Positions 29,192 to 38,815 of a stretch of 64,000 nt of DNA are shown here, piece after piece. The notes below the pieces were generated by a model. The model was not told where the DNA came from, did not search any database, and saw only the letters and a list, made by a program, of their open reading frames with translations. The stretch spans positions 7,800 to 71,799 of the forward strand of contig JAYVTZ010000001.1 in NCBI GenBank assembly GCA_043788365.1. Direction: 5' to 3'. The position numbers were made by a program, and so were the translations under genes. The DNA is from Burkholderiaceae bacterium (GTDB lineage: Bacteria > Patescibacteriota > Saccharimonadia > Saccharimonadales > AQU-01). Numbering within the stretch: the stretch's first letter is position 1; every line of letters begins with the position of its first letter.

Positions 29192-29203
29192 GTTTGCTAT
29201 TAT
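29174..29203 (+). promoter_or_regulatory. candidate clpC promoter TTGCAC-N18-TATTAT overlapping CIRCE
   Basis: -35 at 29174-29179 lies in the CIRCE spacer. -10 at 29198-29203. Confidence 0.45.
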
Positions 29204-29242
29204 TTAAGAAGGCCGTAAAAGCAACTAAATATTGTATGGCCA

Positions 29243-29277
29243 ATACTAGCAACTAGTAACGAGGTACTAAATACTAT
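29243..29277 (+). repeat. heptamer array abutting the clpC start codon
   Basis: ATACTAG CAACTAG TAACGAG GTACTAA ATACTAT, then T ATG. Confidence 0.8.
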
Positions 29278-29278
29278 T

Positions 29279-31777
29279 ATGATGCCTGAATCATCTGACT
29301 TTATCGAATTCTTTAACCATTTGACGCCGAATGCTCAGTCGAGTATAAAGCACGCTGGCGCGATTGCTAGTGGTTTTGGTAGCGCCTATATCGGTACCGA
29401 GCACTTATTACTTGGGGTCTTGGCTCAAGACGTCTCAATGGGCGCTAAATTGTTGGCGGGCGCGGGTGTTACGATAGACCGCGCTAGACTGGCCCTAAAT
29501 CTGAATTCCAAAACACTAGTCATTAATCTTGGTGCTAAAGGTCTCAGCGAAACCGCCAAATTAACACTGCGTATGGCTTATGACGTCGCTCAGGACTTCA
29601 ACCAAGAGTTCTGTGGCACTGAACATATTTTATACAGTATTTTGTCGCAAAAAAATGCTCGCGCAACCGAGCTACTACGCAACATGAATATTGACGTTGA
29701 GAATCTAATCGATCAGCTTGAACAATTTCTCAATCGTCAACAGTACGAGGAATCCGGCAGTCTGACTGGCGGTAATTCGCGAACCAGGGGTAGTAAGAAG
29801 CCTAAAACAGCGCTTGATTTTTTTGGCACCGATATGACTGCTCAGGCTCGGGCCGGTAAGCTCGACCCGGTGGTTGGCCGCGAACCACAAATTCGCCGGG
29901 TGATTACGATTCTTAATCGTCGGACAAAAAATAATCCAGTGCTGATTGGTGAGCCTGGTGTCGGTAAGACGGCCATTGTTGAGGGTCTGGCCCAACGGAT
30001 TGTGGCTGAAGATGTACCAGATAGCTTACTTGATAAACAAATCATTATGCTTGACCTGGCTGCCATGATTGCTGGCACCAAGTATCGTGGTGAATTTGAA
30101 GAGCGCCTAAAAAAAATCATGACGGAACTTGAAAATGACAATAAAACGATCGCCTTTATTGACGAGTTACACCTGATTGTTGGTGCTGGTGCGGCTGAGG
30201 GCGCGATGGACGCAGGCAATATCTTAAAGCCAGCCCTGGCGCGCGGCAAAATGCAGATGATTGGCGCGACTACAACGACAGAGTATACAAAACATATTGA
30301 GAAGGATGCAGCTCTGGAGCGTCGTTTCCAACCAATTAAAGTCCCTGAGACGACTGTCCCGGAAACTATCGCAATACTAAAAGGCTTGCGCAAACATTAT
30401 GAAGATTTCCACGGTGTTAAAATTAGCGATGAGGTTATTGTCGACACAGTGACACTGGCCAAACGTTATATAAATGATCGTTTTATGCCTGATAAGGCAA
30501 TTGATTTAATCGACGAAACTGCCGCATATTTGCGAGTTGACAAGGGTAAGACTCCCCCAGCAGTAAGAAACTTACAAAAGGAACTAAAGCTCGTTAACGG
30601 CCGCATTGAAGAGGCGGTAGATAATGAAAACTACGAACTGGCCGCACAGCATAAAACTCGAGCTAGCCAAATCAATAGCGAGCTAAAAGGCCTTCAAGCC
30701 GACGGCAAGGCCGTAAATACGCTCCATATATCGAGTGAGGACGTGGCAGAAGTTGTCGCTCGTATGACTGGCGTACCGGTGACAAGAGTAATTAGAGCCG
30801 AAGCCAAGTACTTACTGAACCTAGAGAAAACCATCAGCAAACATGTCATCGGTCAAGATGAAGCAGTCGTGGCGGTATCGAAAGCAATCAGACGTAACCG
30901 TATGGGTATCAGCAGTGCTGCTAGGCCAATTGGTTCATTTATATTTCTTGGGCCAACCGGTGTCGGTAAGACCGAACTTGCTAGAGTACTTGCTAGGGAG
31001 TTTTTTGGCAGTGACGACGCTATGATAAAAATTGACATGAGTGAATTCGGCGAACATCACACCGTATCAAGACTAGTTGGTGCGCCGGCCGGCTACGTTG
31101 GTTACGAAGAAGGCGGCCAGTTAACCGACAAAGTTCGTCGTCAGCCTTATAGTTTAGTCTTGTTTGATGAGATTGAAAAAGCCCATCCAGAAGTCTTTAA
31201 TATGTTATTACAGATCTTAGAGGACGGCGTGTTAACAGATGCTAAGGGCCGCAAGATTGACTTTACCAACACCATAGTAATCATGACAAGTAATCTTGGT
31301 GCGCAGAAGCTCCAAAAAGAGGCCAGTCTTGGGTTCCATGCCATTAACTCTGAAGATTTAAGAGATCTTGATTCTTTGCATACCCAAAATAAGAGTAAAG
31401 TTCTAGACGAATTAAAGAAAATGATGCGTCCTGAACTCCTGAACCGTATCGACAAAACAATCGTATTTAGGGCCCTGACCAAAAAAGATGCACTAAGAAT
31501 TTTGGATCTTCAGATTGATGAATTGGGTCAACGACTTGTTAAGCACGGACTGGGCCTAGAAATTTCTAGTGCCGCCAAACTAATACTCTTGGAAGACGGC
31601 TATGACGCCCATAATGGTGTGCGCCCGCTTAGGCGATTAATTCAAGATACGATTGAAGACCATTTAGCTGTAGCCATGCTCGAGAACACTTACCAAAAAG
31701 GTAGTCTGGTCCAAGTTAACGCTAAAGCCGGCAAGATTGTTTACAGTGGCGCCGAAGAAGTCACTACTAAGAAATAA
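29279..31777 (+). CDS. clpC: ATP-dependent Clp protease ATP-binding subunit ClpC-like (two AAA+ modules)
   Basis: 832 aa. Clp_N repeats and Walker A motifs GEPGVGKT and GPTGVGKT. Confidence 0.94.
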   Translation: MMPESSDFIEFFNHLTPNAQSSIKHAGAIASGFGSAYIGTEHLLLGVLAQDVSMGAKLLAGAGVTIDRARLALNLNSKTLVINLGAKGLSETAKLTLRMAYDVAQDFNQEFCGTEHILYSILSQKNARATELLRNMNIDVENLIDQLEQFLNRQQYEESGSLTGGNSRTRGSKKPKTALDFFGTDMTAQARAGKLDPVVGREPQIRRVITILNRRTKNNPVLIGEPGVGKTAIVEGLAQRIVAEDVPDSLLDKQIIMLDLAAMIAGTKYRGEFEERLKKIMTELENDNKTIAFIDELHLIVGAGAAEGAMDAGNILKPALARGKMQMIGATTTTEYTKHIEKDAALERRFQPIKVPETTVPETIAILKGLRKHYEDFHGVKISDEVIVDTVTLAKRYINDRFMPDKAIDLIDETAAYLRVDKGKTPPAVRNLQKELKLVNGRIEEAVDNENYELAAQHKTRASQINSELKGLQADGKAVNTLHISSEDVAEVVARMTGVPVTRVIRAEAKYLLNLEKTISKHVIGQDEAVVAVSKAIRRNRMGISSAARPIGSFIFLGPTGVGKTELARVLAREFFGSDDAMIKIDMSEFGEHHTVSRLVGAPAGYVGYEEGGQLTDKVRRQPYSLVLFDEIEKAHPEVFNMLLQILEDGVLTDAKGRKIDFTNTIVIMTSNLGAQKLQKEASLGFHAINSEDLRDLDSLHTQNKSKVLDELKKMMRPELLNRIDKTIVFRALTKKDALRILDLQIDELGQRLVKHGLGLEISSAAKLILLEDGYDAHNGVRPLRRLIQDTIEDHLAVAMLENTYQKGSLVQVNAKAGKIVYSGAEEVTTKK

Positions 31778-31832
31778 CCTTTTTGTTACCAACCCTTAAA
31801 ATATAAACCAAAAATCTTATATACTGGAAGTT

Positions 31833-32801
31833 ATGAATTCGCATAAAAGCAGAAATGGTCTGATTGTATCGATGTTGTTGCTGTTATCTGTATCCTTCGC
31901 CTGGTATCAGCGCCAATATATTTACGACTGGTCGAGGCTACGTAACTATAGCGTAAGTATTGGTATGAGTGAGTTAGCAACCGCCACAACTATGAACGCT
32001 AAGGCACGTAATATTTTTTATGTTCAACACCCCGAGCTCGACAATAAAGTCGTCTTTGATGGTAAGTGTGATGTTGGCGAACAGACGATTGTGCTTGGTT
32101 GTTACATTAGTAAAAAGGGTATTTTTGTTTATGATGTAACAGACGCCAGGCTAGCTGGTGTTAAAGAAGTTACCTCGGCTCACGAGATGCTACATGTTGC
32201 CTATGACCGGTTGAGCCAAAAAGACCGAATAGCCGTCGATTCGATGGTCGAGAATGCCTACTCTAAACTCAATGATACCCGTATAAAAGACACAGTTGAG
32301 CAATATAAAAAGAACAAAGCCGATGTTAAGGATGAATTACATTCGATTCTAGGCACAGAGGTCAGAACCTTGCCAGCTGACCTAGAGAGTTACTATAAAA
32401 AATATTTTGATAATAGGCTTGTAGTTGTTAGTTTTTCAGAGAAGTATGAAAGTGTATTCACGGATAGAAAAAATAAAGTCGAACAGTTCGACCAGCAACT
32501 TAACTCTCTGAAAGTAAGAATTGATTCATCGCAAGCCGATCTAGCGTCGCAGATAATTACAGTTGACCAAAAGCGTGAGCAACTTGACGCCGAGCTAGCC
32601 GCCAGTCGTTATGATCTATATAACGCCGGGGTTGCACCATTTAATAGTCTAGTTAAGTCCTATAACAATAAAATCGCTAGCACAAGGGGCTTAATTGACC
32701 AGTATAATCAGACTCTCGATCAGCGAAATGCAATAGCCCTAGAAGAGCAAGAGCTTTACAAGGCCATCGATAGTCGACTGACAACACAAACCGCTAAATA
32801 G
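31833..32801 (+). CDS. membrane-anchored hypothetical protein with HExxH motif and coiled-coil C-terminus
   Basis: 322 aa. N-terminal TM helix. SAHEMLHVAY. Confidence 0.8.
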   Translation: MNSHKSRNGLIVSMLLLLSVSFAWYQRQYIYDWSRLRNYSVSIGMSELATATTMNAKARNIFYVQHPELDNKVVFDGKCDVGEQTIVLGCYISKKGIFVYDVTDARLAGVKEVTSAHEMLHVAYDRLSQKDRIAVDSMVENAYSKLNDTRIKDTVEQYKKNKADVKDELHSILGTEVRTLPADLESYYKKYFDNRLVVVSFSEKYESVFTDRKNKVEQFDQQLNSLKVRIDSSQADLASQIITVDQKREQLDAELAASRYDLYNAGVAPFNSLVKSYNNKIASTRGLIDQYNQTLDQRNAIALEEQELYKAIDSRLTTQTAK

Positions 32802-32945
32802 TATTTAGTAGCTAGTATAAAAATAGGTAAATTCATAATTAATTCACCTTTTGTATCTAGTACCCCTGTTTCTCGTATTTTGTATTAAGACATGAGAGAA
32901 TACGCAGATTATTTCAATCCCTTATCTCCGAATACTAAGTACTAC
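32798..32945. repeat. heptamer-array composite repeat downstream of 31833..32801
   Basis: Starts at the TAG stop. 32805-32891 is homologous, in inverted orientation, to 23873-23958. Confidence 0.75.
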
Positions 32946-32996
32946 TTTAGATGACAATTGTTCGACGTTTTTACCGTCAGAGGTTAAACTAGGGGT

Positions 32997-34349
32997 ATGG
33001 CAAAGAAGAGTCCAGTGAGGTATGTCTGTAGCAGTTGTGGTAACAGTTTTGGCACTTGGTCAGGGCGTTGTAGCTCGTGTGGTGAATGGAATACCCTGCA
33101 GGAGCAACTCGAAATCACTTCAGCTAGTATTGCTTCGGGGGGTAGACTCCTTAGCTCTCAGAATATCAGCGAAGTATCTAAGCATGATTCAGCTAAAAGA
33201 TTACTGACAGGAATGAATGAGGTCGATACAGTACTTGGTGGCGGCTTTGTGTCTGGTAGTGTTACTTTGATTGCTGGCCAACCCGGTATTGGTAAAAGTA
33301 CTTTACTCTTACAGCTGGCCGATCTAATTGCCAAAAATCATCGAGTTTTATACGTAAGTGGTGAGGAGTCGGCCCACCAAGTTGGCTTACGAGCCGAGCG
33401 CCTGGGCGTAACGGCTAAGTCATTGCAACTGGTTATGAGTACAGTGGCTGACGACATAGCTTCAACGATTGCTAATAGTAAGTTTGACCTTGTAATTGTT
33501 GACTCAATTCAGACAGTGGCCACGAATGCCATTATTTCAGCCGCCGGAACAGTTAGCCAAATCACTAATAGTGCACAGTTATTAATTGCTGCCGCTAAGC
33601 AGACAAACACGGCCTTGATATTAGTTGGGCACGTCACCAAAGAAGGTTCGATAGCCGGACCAAAAGTACTCGAGCATGTGGTTGATGTTGTCTTGCAACT
33701 CGAAGGTGACCGCTATGGTGGTTTCAAACTACTGAGGGGTGTTAAAAACCGCTTTGGCTCAACTAACGAGACAGGTATCTTTGAAATGGCCGATAAAGGT
33801 CTATTACCAGTCGCTAATCCATCAGCGGCACTGCTTGCTGAACGTCAAGTTAGCGATGGTTCGGTGGTTCTAGCCACTATGGAGGGTACTAGGCCGTTAT
33901 TGGTGGAAGTTCAGGCACTAGTTAATAAAACCAGCTATGGCTACCCTAAAAGAGCAGCGAGCGGCATGGACTTGAACCGGCTGAACCTACTTGTTGCTAT
34001 GTTGGAGCGGCGCACCAAACTACGACTATCAGACTACGACATTTATATAAACATAGTAGGTGGTATTAAAATTACTGAACCTGCGGCTGATTTGGCCGTG
34101 TGTATGGCGATTGCCTCAGCCGCTAAGGGCATGCAGCTCAAGAAAAATGCCGTTGTCTTTGGTGAGGTAGGGCTATCGGGTGAAGTCAGGCACGTACCAT
34201 ATATCGATAAGCGTGTGGCCGAGGCCAAAAAACTTGGCTTTGACGGTGCGATAGGGCCAATTATCAAAACCGGTAAACAACCTGTCGGACTGAGTGGTGT
34301 TCAAGATGTTCGGGCTGCTCTGAATCAATTTCTAGAAAAAGATTCCTAA
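32997..34349 (+). CDS. radA: DNA repair protein RadA/Sms
   Basis: Zn finger CSSCGNSFGTWSGRCSSCGEWNT, Walker A GQPGIGKST, KNRFG, Lon-like C-terminus. Confidence 0.96.
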   Translation: MAKKSPVRYVCSSCGNSFGTWSGRCSSCGEWNTLQEQLEITSASIASGGRLLSSQNISEVSKHDSAKRLLTGMNEVDTVLGGGFVSGSVTLIAGQPGIGKSTLLLQLADLIAKNHRVLYVSGEESAHQVGLRAERLGVTAKSLQLVMSTVADDIASTIANSKFDLVIVDSIQTVATNAIISAAGTVSQITNSAQLLIAAAKQTNTALILVGHVTKEGSIAGPKVLEHVVDVVLQLEGDRYGGFKLLRGVKNRFGSTNETGIFEMADKGLLPVANPSAALLAERQVSDGSVVLATMEGTRPLLVEVQALVNKTSYGYPKRAASGMDLNRLNLLVAMLERRTKLRLSDYDIYINIVGGIKITEPAADLAVCMAIASAAKGMQLKKNAVVFGEVGLSGEVRHVPYIDKRVAEAKKLGFDGAIGPIIKTGKQPVGLSGVQDVRAALNQFLEKDS

Positions 34350-34357
34350 TCAAGTAT

Positions 34358-37300
34358 TTATTTTTTAAAACTAACAGTTCTTGAGTCTGCACCAGATGTG
34401 ACTTTGACAATGTAATTCGTGCCGGTTGGCCCCGAAAGGTTGACCGTGCAATTTGTGACCACAATATTAGTACAGCTACCGACTGGGTTAAGCGAGCCAA
34501 GGCCAACTTGTAGGGAGACGGAATAGTTACTGCTTGAACCACCGGACCAAGTGACGCTTGTATTACCGCTACCTATTGATTGTCCTACTGAAGGGGTCAA
34601 TATTACTAGCGGCTGGTTGGACAAAGTGGTCGTAACCGAGTTCGGGCTGGTGGCGTCATAGAGAACACTATCAATCACTTGAGCAGATATAACTGTGCCA
34701 GCTGGTTGTGACGACGAGTCAAATGTAATCGTTTGGCCGTCACTGTCAATTGCGAACGACTGCAAGACCTGACCATTTGCAATGAAGTTGACAGCGCCTT
34801 TATAAGCGTCGCTATTTAACGGATGAGTGCCTGCGTGGACAACGGTTGAAACATTACCACTAGAGTCAAGGAATAGGGCGTCAAGCGACGGTTTAACATC
34901 AGTTGCACAGATATGAGCATCATCCTGTTGATCTGCAGCGGCGCTTGATCCAAGGCTGTTAAAGCGGTCAACCGAGAAATTATTGGCTTCAGTATCTGTA
35001 ACAGTTTTTTTAGCTCGGTCTGGCGTACAGTCAGTAGCTAATTTGTTAGAAACGATGTCGATGACTTTTGGTGCGCCATTAGTTTTAGCATTAGGCTTAT
35101 ACCAGCCTGGGAATAAATCGTTTGCCGGGCTTGGCTCAATCGAACCGATACCTACGTGTGAGCGAACAACGAAAGCTGGCAAGGTTTGAATGTCACTTGG
35201 CTTTTGTCGGTCCTCAGGTTTAAGCCCCTCGTGTGCCTTTTTCATCCAGCCTTCCCAAATTGGTTGGGTCATGTTTTCCATTGTGCCGCTCATAACTACG
35301 CGGCGACTGTGATAGCCAACCCAAACTGCGGCAGCATATTGAGTTGAAAATCCTGTCATCCAACCATCTTTGCCGTCGTTGGTAGTTCCGGTCTTCATAG
35401 CAAAACTCCATGTACCTTGAGCGTTCTTAAAACGGTGCGGTTTGCGACTAGATGGGAAGTAACTGGCGTTAGGGTCACTCATCATATCGGCAACGATATA
35501 GGCAGAGTCTTGTTTAACTACTTGCTCGCCTTTGCTCGGCTTCCATTCATAGATTGGTTTATTGCTGGCGTCGGTTATCTTTAGGATGTAAGTTTGAGGG
35601 ATGTTTAGACCATTACGTGAGATTGTCGCGAAACCGTGAACGTGTTGGTCAAGGTGTAAGAAGGCGCCATCACCAATAGCCGACGAACCATAGCAAGGGC
35701 CCTCTTGTGATAGTTTTTCATCAAAGTAACAGTTGTAGCCAAAAGCCGTGCTGCCATTACGTGGGTCCATTAACTTCTCAGCCGTTTTAATTGTCTTATC
35801 AATACCGGTTGTCAGCATGGCTTTAACTGCCGGCACGTTACGTGAACCACCCAATGCATAACGCAACGTCAATGGCCCTGGGTACCTAAAGTCGTAGTCC
35901 ATTAGACAGTTACCGCCTTGTTTTGGCAGGGCCTTATTAGTACACGGATAGCCATCAATTACGTCTTGGCTGTCATAGATGACCGATCCGGCGCCAACAT
36001 TAGTGTTGTTATCAATCAGGGCCGTATAGTCATAAGGCTTGAAGCTTGAGCCAGGGGGAAGTGGTGTTTGTGCATAGTTTATCTGTCCGTAATCAGGGTT
36101 AGTGAAGTCTGAACCACCGACCAGAGCTACCATTTGTCCGGTCTTAACGTCTTCAGCTGCAAAAGCGGCGACATCACCGCCCTGACGTCTAACTTGGACA
36201 AGGCCCTTACTGACTTGGTCTTCGGCAATATTTTGAAGACCCATATCGAGTGTAGTTATTACTGTCCAGCCACCAAGCTTAACCGACTTTTCGCCTCGCG
36301 TGTCCTCCAGTTGTTTTTTGGCGGCTAAGACAAACCAAGGTGCTTTTATGCCAGAATACTTTGGTTGTCTTGGCTTAACTTCAGCCAAGACATCGACTTT
36401 TCTAGCGTCATCACGTTGTTTCTTGGTGATCTTGCCTTGCTGTTCTAGCAGGCCTAAAATGTAGTCTTTACGGTCCAGAAAAGCACGTTTATCGAAGTCG
36501 CCACTATACGGTGAGTAGAAACGCGGTGACTTTGGAATCGCTGACAGCATGGCGGCCTCTGCTAATGTTAAGTCTTTGGCCGACTTTTGGAAGTAGTCAC
36601 GTGCACCAGCCTCAACACCATATTCAATACCTCCGTAAGGTGCAGTGTTTAAGTAGCCTGTTAAAATCTCTTGTTTCGAGTAAGTCCTCTCTAGTTCTAC
36701 TGATAAAATAAGTTCTTTTATTTTTCGACTATAAGTACGATCTTTGCTCCAGTCCTGAGTCAGCTTGACTAGCTGCTGCGTAATAGTCGAACCACCCTGA
36801 GTGCTATTGCCGCCAACTGCGTTGTTGATTCCGGCACGGATTATGCCACGAACGTCAAAACCGCCGTGCTTGAAGAAGTCCTTGTCTTCGACTGCGACTG
36901 TTGCGTCTTTCATAGATGGCGAGATGTCGTTATTGCCAACTGGTATTCGCTTTACGGCATCGTAATCTTCCCAGAGCAAAGTTTTACCAGTTTTATCGTA
37001 GTAACGGACACTACCGCCGATATTTTTGCCAGATATATCCTTAAGATTTGGAAGGTCTTTTCGGAAGTATGCCAGAGCGCCAACTAAGATAAGCGCACCT
37101 AAAGCCAGACCAATTCCGAGAAGCTTAAGAGCCATGACCAAACCATCACGGCTAAACCAATAGTGGTATATACGCTTGGGATTCATGTGATAAAGCATGC
37201 GCTTAAAGTGGTTCTTTGGCAGCCCGGCCTTGCGCTGAGCCTTGCGTTGCTGTTTTAATTCTTTACCATTTAGTAACTTATCAAAAAACGATCGATTAAT

Positions 37301-37405
37301 CTTCTGAACCTTGCCACTTCTTGTCACGAAAGTATTTTTACTAACCTTGCTACCGCTCCGGCCAGCTTGTGGCGTTGGTTTCTTCATAAACTTTCTTGGC
37401 TCCAT
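34358..37405 (-). CDS. class A penicillin-binding protein (glycosyltransferase GT51 + transpeptidase) with long N- and C-terminal extensions
   Basis: 1015 aa. Motifs EDKDFFKHGG, SSFKP (SxxK), SRN and KTGTT. Basic cytoplasmic tail plus TM helix. Confidence 0.93.
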   Translation of the reverse strand: MEPRKFMKKPTPQAGRSGSKVSKNTFVTRSGKVQKINRSFFDKLLNGKELKQQRKAQRKAGLPKNHFKRMLYHMNPKRIYHYWFSRDGLVMALKLLGIGLALGALILVGALAYFRKDLPNLKDISGKNIGGSVRYYDKTGKTLLWEDYDAVKRIPVGNNDISPSMKDATVAVEDKDFFKHGGFDVRGIIRAGINNAVGGNSTQGGSTITQQLVKLTQDWSKDRTYSRKIKELILSVELERTYSKQEILTGYLNTAPYGGIEYGVEAGARDYFQKSAKDLTLAEAAMLSAIPKSPRFYSPYSGDFDKRAFLDRKDYILGLLEQQGKITKKQRDDARKVDVLAEVKPRQPKYSGIKAPWFVLAAKKQLEDTRGEKSVKLGGWTVITTLDMGLQNIAEDQVSKGLVQVRRQGGDVAAFAAEDVKTGQMVALVGGSDFTNPDYGQINYAQTPLPPGSSFKPYDYTALIDNNTNVGAGSVIYDSQDVIDGYPCTNKALPKQGGNCLMDYDFRYPGPLTLRYALGGSRNVPAVKAMLTTGIDKTIKTAEKLMDPRNGSTAFGYNCYFDEKLSQEGPCYGSSAIGDGAFLHLDQHVHGFATISRNGLNIPQTYILKITDASNKPIYEWKPSKGEQVVKQDSAYIVADMMSDPNASYFPSSRKPHRFKNAQGTWSFAMKTGTTNDGKDGWMTGFSTQYAAAVWVGYHSRRVVMSGTMENMTQPIWEGWMKKAHEGLKPEDRQKPSDIQTLPAFVVRSHVGIGSIEPSPANDLFPGWYKPNAKTNGAPKVIDIVSNKLATDCTPDRAKKTVTDTEANNFSVDRFNSLGSSAAADQQDDAHICATDVKPSLDALFLDSSGNVSTVVHAGTHPLNSDAYKGAVNFIANGQVLQSFAIDSDGQTITFDSSSQPAGTVISAQVIDSVLYDATSPNSVTTTLSNQPLVILTPSVGQSIGSGNTSVTWSGGSSSNYSVSLQVGLGSLNPVGSCTNIVVTNCTVNLSGPTGTNYIVKVTSGADSRTVSFKK

Positions 37406-37493
37406 TAGACTTACCTATATTATATCAAACTTAACTTAAGAATATAGCAGGCGACCATAAAAGAGCTTGGTGGTAATCAAGCCATAAGACATA

Positions 37494-37499
37494 TATAAT
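37494..37499 (+). promoter_or_regulatory. -10 box TATAAT, 7 nt upstream of the tyrS ATG (leaderless geometry)
   Basis: Sequence tataat ctctact ATG, with no SD. Confidence 0.4.
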
Positions 37500-37506
37500 C
37501 TCTACT

Positions 37507-38769
37507 ATGAGCAATATGTCACTTTCTGAAGAGCTAGCTTGGCGTGGATTCGTTAACCAGACAACCTATAAAGACAATAATGTACTGGATGGCGAGCCAA
37601 TAACTTTCTACATTGGCGTTGACCCAAGCGCTGCCTCAATGACAATCGGTAATCTCGCCAGCGCAATGATGGTTAGGCATTTTATCGACCATGGCCACAA
37701 GGCTTATTTATTAGTTGGTGGCGCGACCGGCCTAGTCGGTGATCCTGACGGCAAGAGCGAGGAGCGTGACCTAAAGTCATTCGATGAAGTTGCTGTTAAC
37801 AAAGCCGGTATTATCGATCAGTATCGAACCATCTTTTCTGGCCAGCCGTTCGAAATCGTCGATAATTATGATTGGTTTAAGGACATGAACTATCTAACAT
37901 TCCTGCGCGAAGTCGGCAAGCACGTGCCACTCAGGCAGATGGTGGGTAGAGATTTTGTCCAATCACGCATGGGTGATGATGGCGCGGGTATCAGTTACGC
38001 CGAGTTCAGCTATTCGCTAATTCAGGGCTACGATTTCTTGCATCTAAACCAGACGTACGGTGTTAGTTTGCAGCTTTGTGGCGCTGATCAATGGGGGAAT
38101 AGCATTGCCGGTGTAGACCTAATAAGACGTAAGACGGGCAATGAAGCTCATGTCTGGTCGGCACCGTTAGTTATCGACAAGGCGACTGGTCGCAAATTTG
38201 GCAAGAGTGAAGGTGGGGCAATCTGGCTCGATGCCAACCTCACCAGCATCTATACGTTTTATCAGTTCTGGTTGAATACTGACGACAACAATGTCGAAGA
38301 ATACTTAAAAATATTCAGTTTACTTGATAAGGATACTGTCGAGAGCATCATGAACGATTTTAATAGCAACAAAGCCAGTCGCTTAGCCCAAAAGGCTCTA
38401 GCTTACGAAGTGACTAAGCTGGTACATGGTCTAGACCGAGCGGATTCGATAAAGCGCGTCAGTGAGTCGTTATTTGGTAGCGGCAATTATCGTGATTTAA
38501 ATCTTGATGATTTTGAGCTAATGAAATCAGAACTTAAAGTCGTTGACGCAAAACCAGACGAAACTACCATAATTTCACTGATGGTAAGTGGTGGACTAGC
38601 TAGCTCTAACAGCGAAGCCAGACGATTTATTGATAGTCAAGCGGTCTATATAAATGGCGAGCAAATCCCCGCCGACAAACACACTACCAGCCATGAAAAT
38701 TACATTAACGGTTATGCAATCTTAAGGCGGGGTAAAAATAACCAGGTACTTGTCAAACATGCAAACTAG
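37507..38769 (+). CDS. tyrS: tyrosyl-tRNA synthetase
   Basis: 420 aa. HIGN-equivalent (TIGNL), KFGKS (KMSKS) motif, C-terminal S4 domain. Confidence 0.95.
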   Translation: MSNMSLSEELAWRGFVNQTTYKDNNVLDGEPITFYIGVDPSAASMTIGNLASAMMVRHFIDHGHKAYLLVGGATGLVGDPDGKSEERDLKSFDEVAVNKAGIIDQYRTIFSGQPFEIVDNYDWFKDMNYLTFLREVGKHVPLRQMVGRDFVQSRMGDDGAGISYAEFSYSLIQGYDFLHLNQTYGVSLQLCGADQWGNSIAGVDLIRRKTGNEAHVWSAPLVIDKATGRKFGKSEGGAIWLDANLTSIYTFYQFWLNTDDNNVEEYLKIFSLLDKDTVESIMNDFNSNKASRLAQKALAYEVTKLVHGLDRADSIKRVSESLFGSGNYRDLNLDDFELMKSELKVVDAKPDETTIISLMVSGGLASSNSEARRFIDSQAVYINGEQIPADKHTTSHENYINGYAILRRGKNNQVLVKHAN

Positions 38770-38815
38770 TGCTAATTTTATCTAAATAAGCAATTAAGTG
38801 AACAGGGGTATTATC

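Noticed and set aside
29842-30393. 183-aa ORF antisense to clpC. Similar antisense ORFs: 283-528, 2397-2905, 11068-11580, 19935-20471, 31147-31482, 39844-40206, 57401-57745.
   Set aside because: Each lies entirely inside a confidently identified gene on the opposite strand. Their composition is low-complexity and Ser/Arg/Pro-rich, typical of shadow frames, and none has a ribosome-binding context.
37406-37506. T-box leader upstream of tyrS, and likewise upstream of hisS at 50056-50145.
   Set aside because: The spacers are only about 90-100 nt, with a -10 box a few nt from the ATG. There is no room for specifier, antiterminator or terminator helices.
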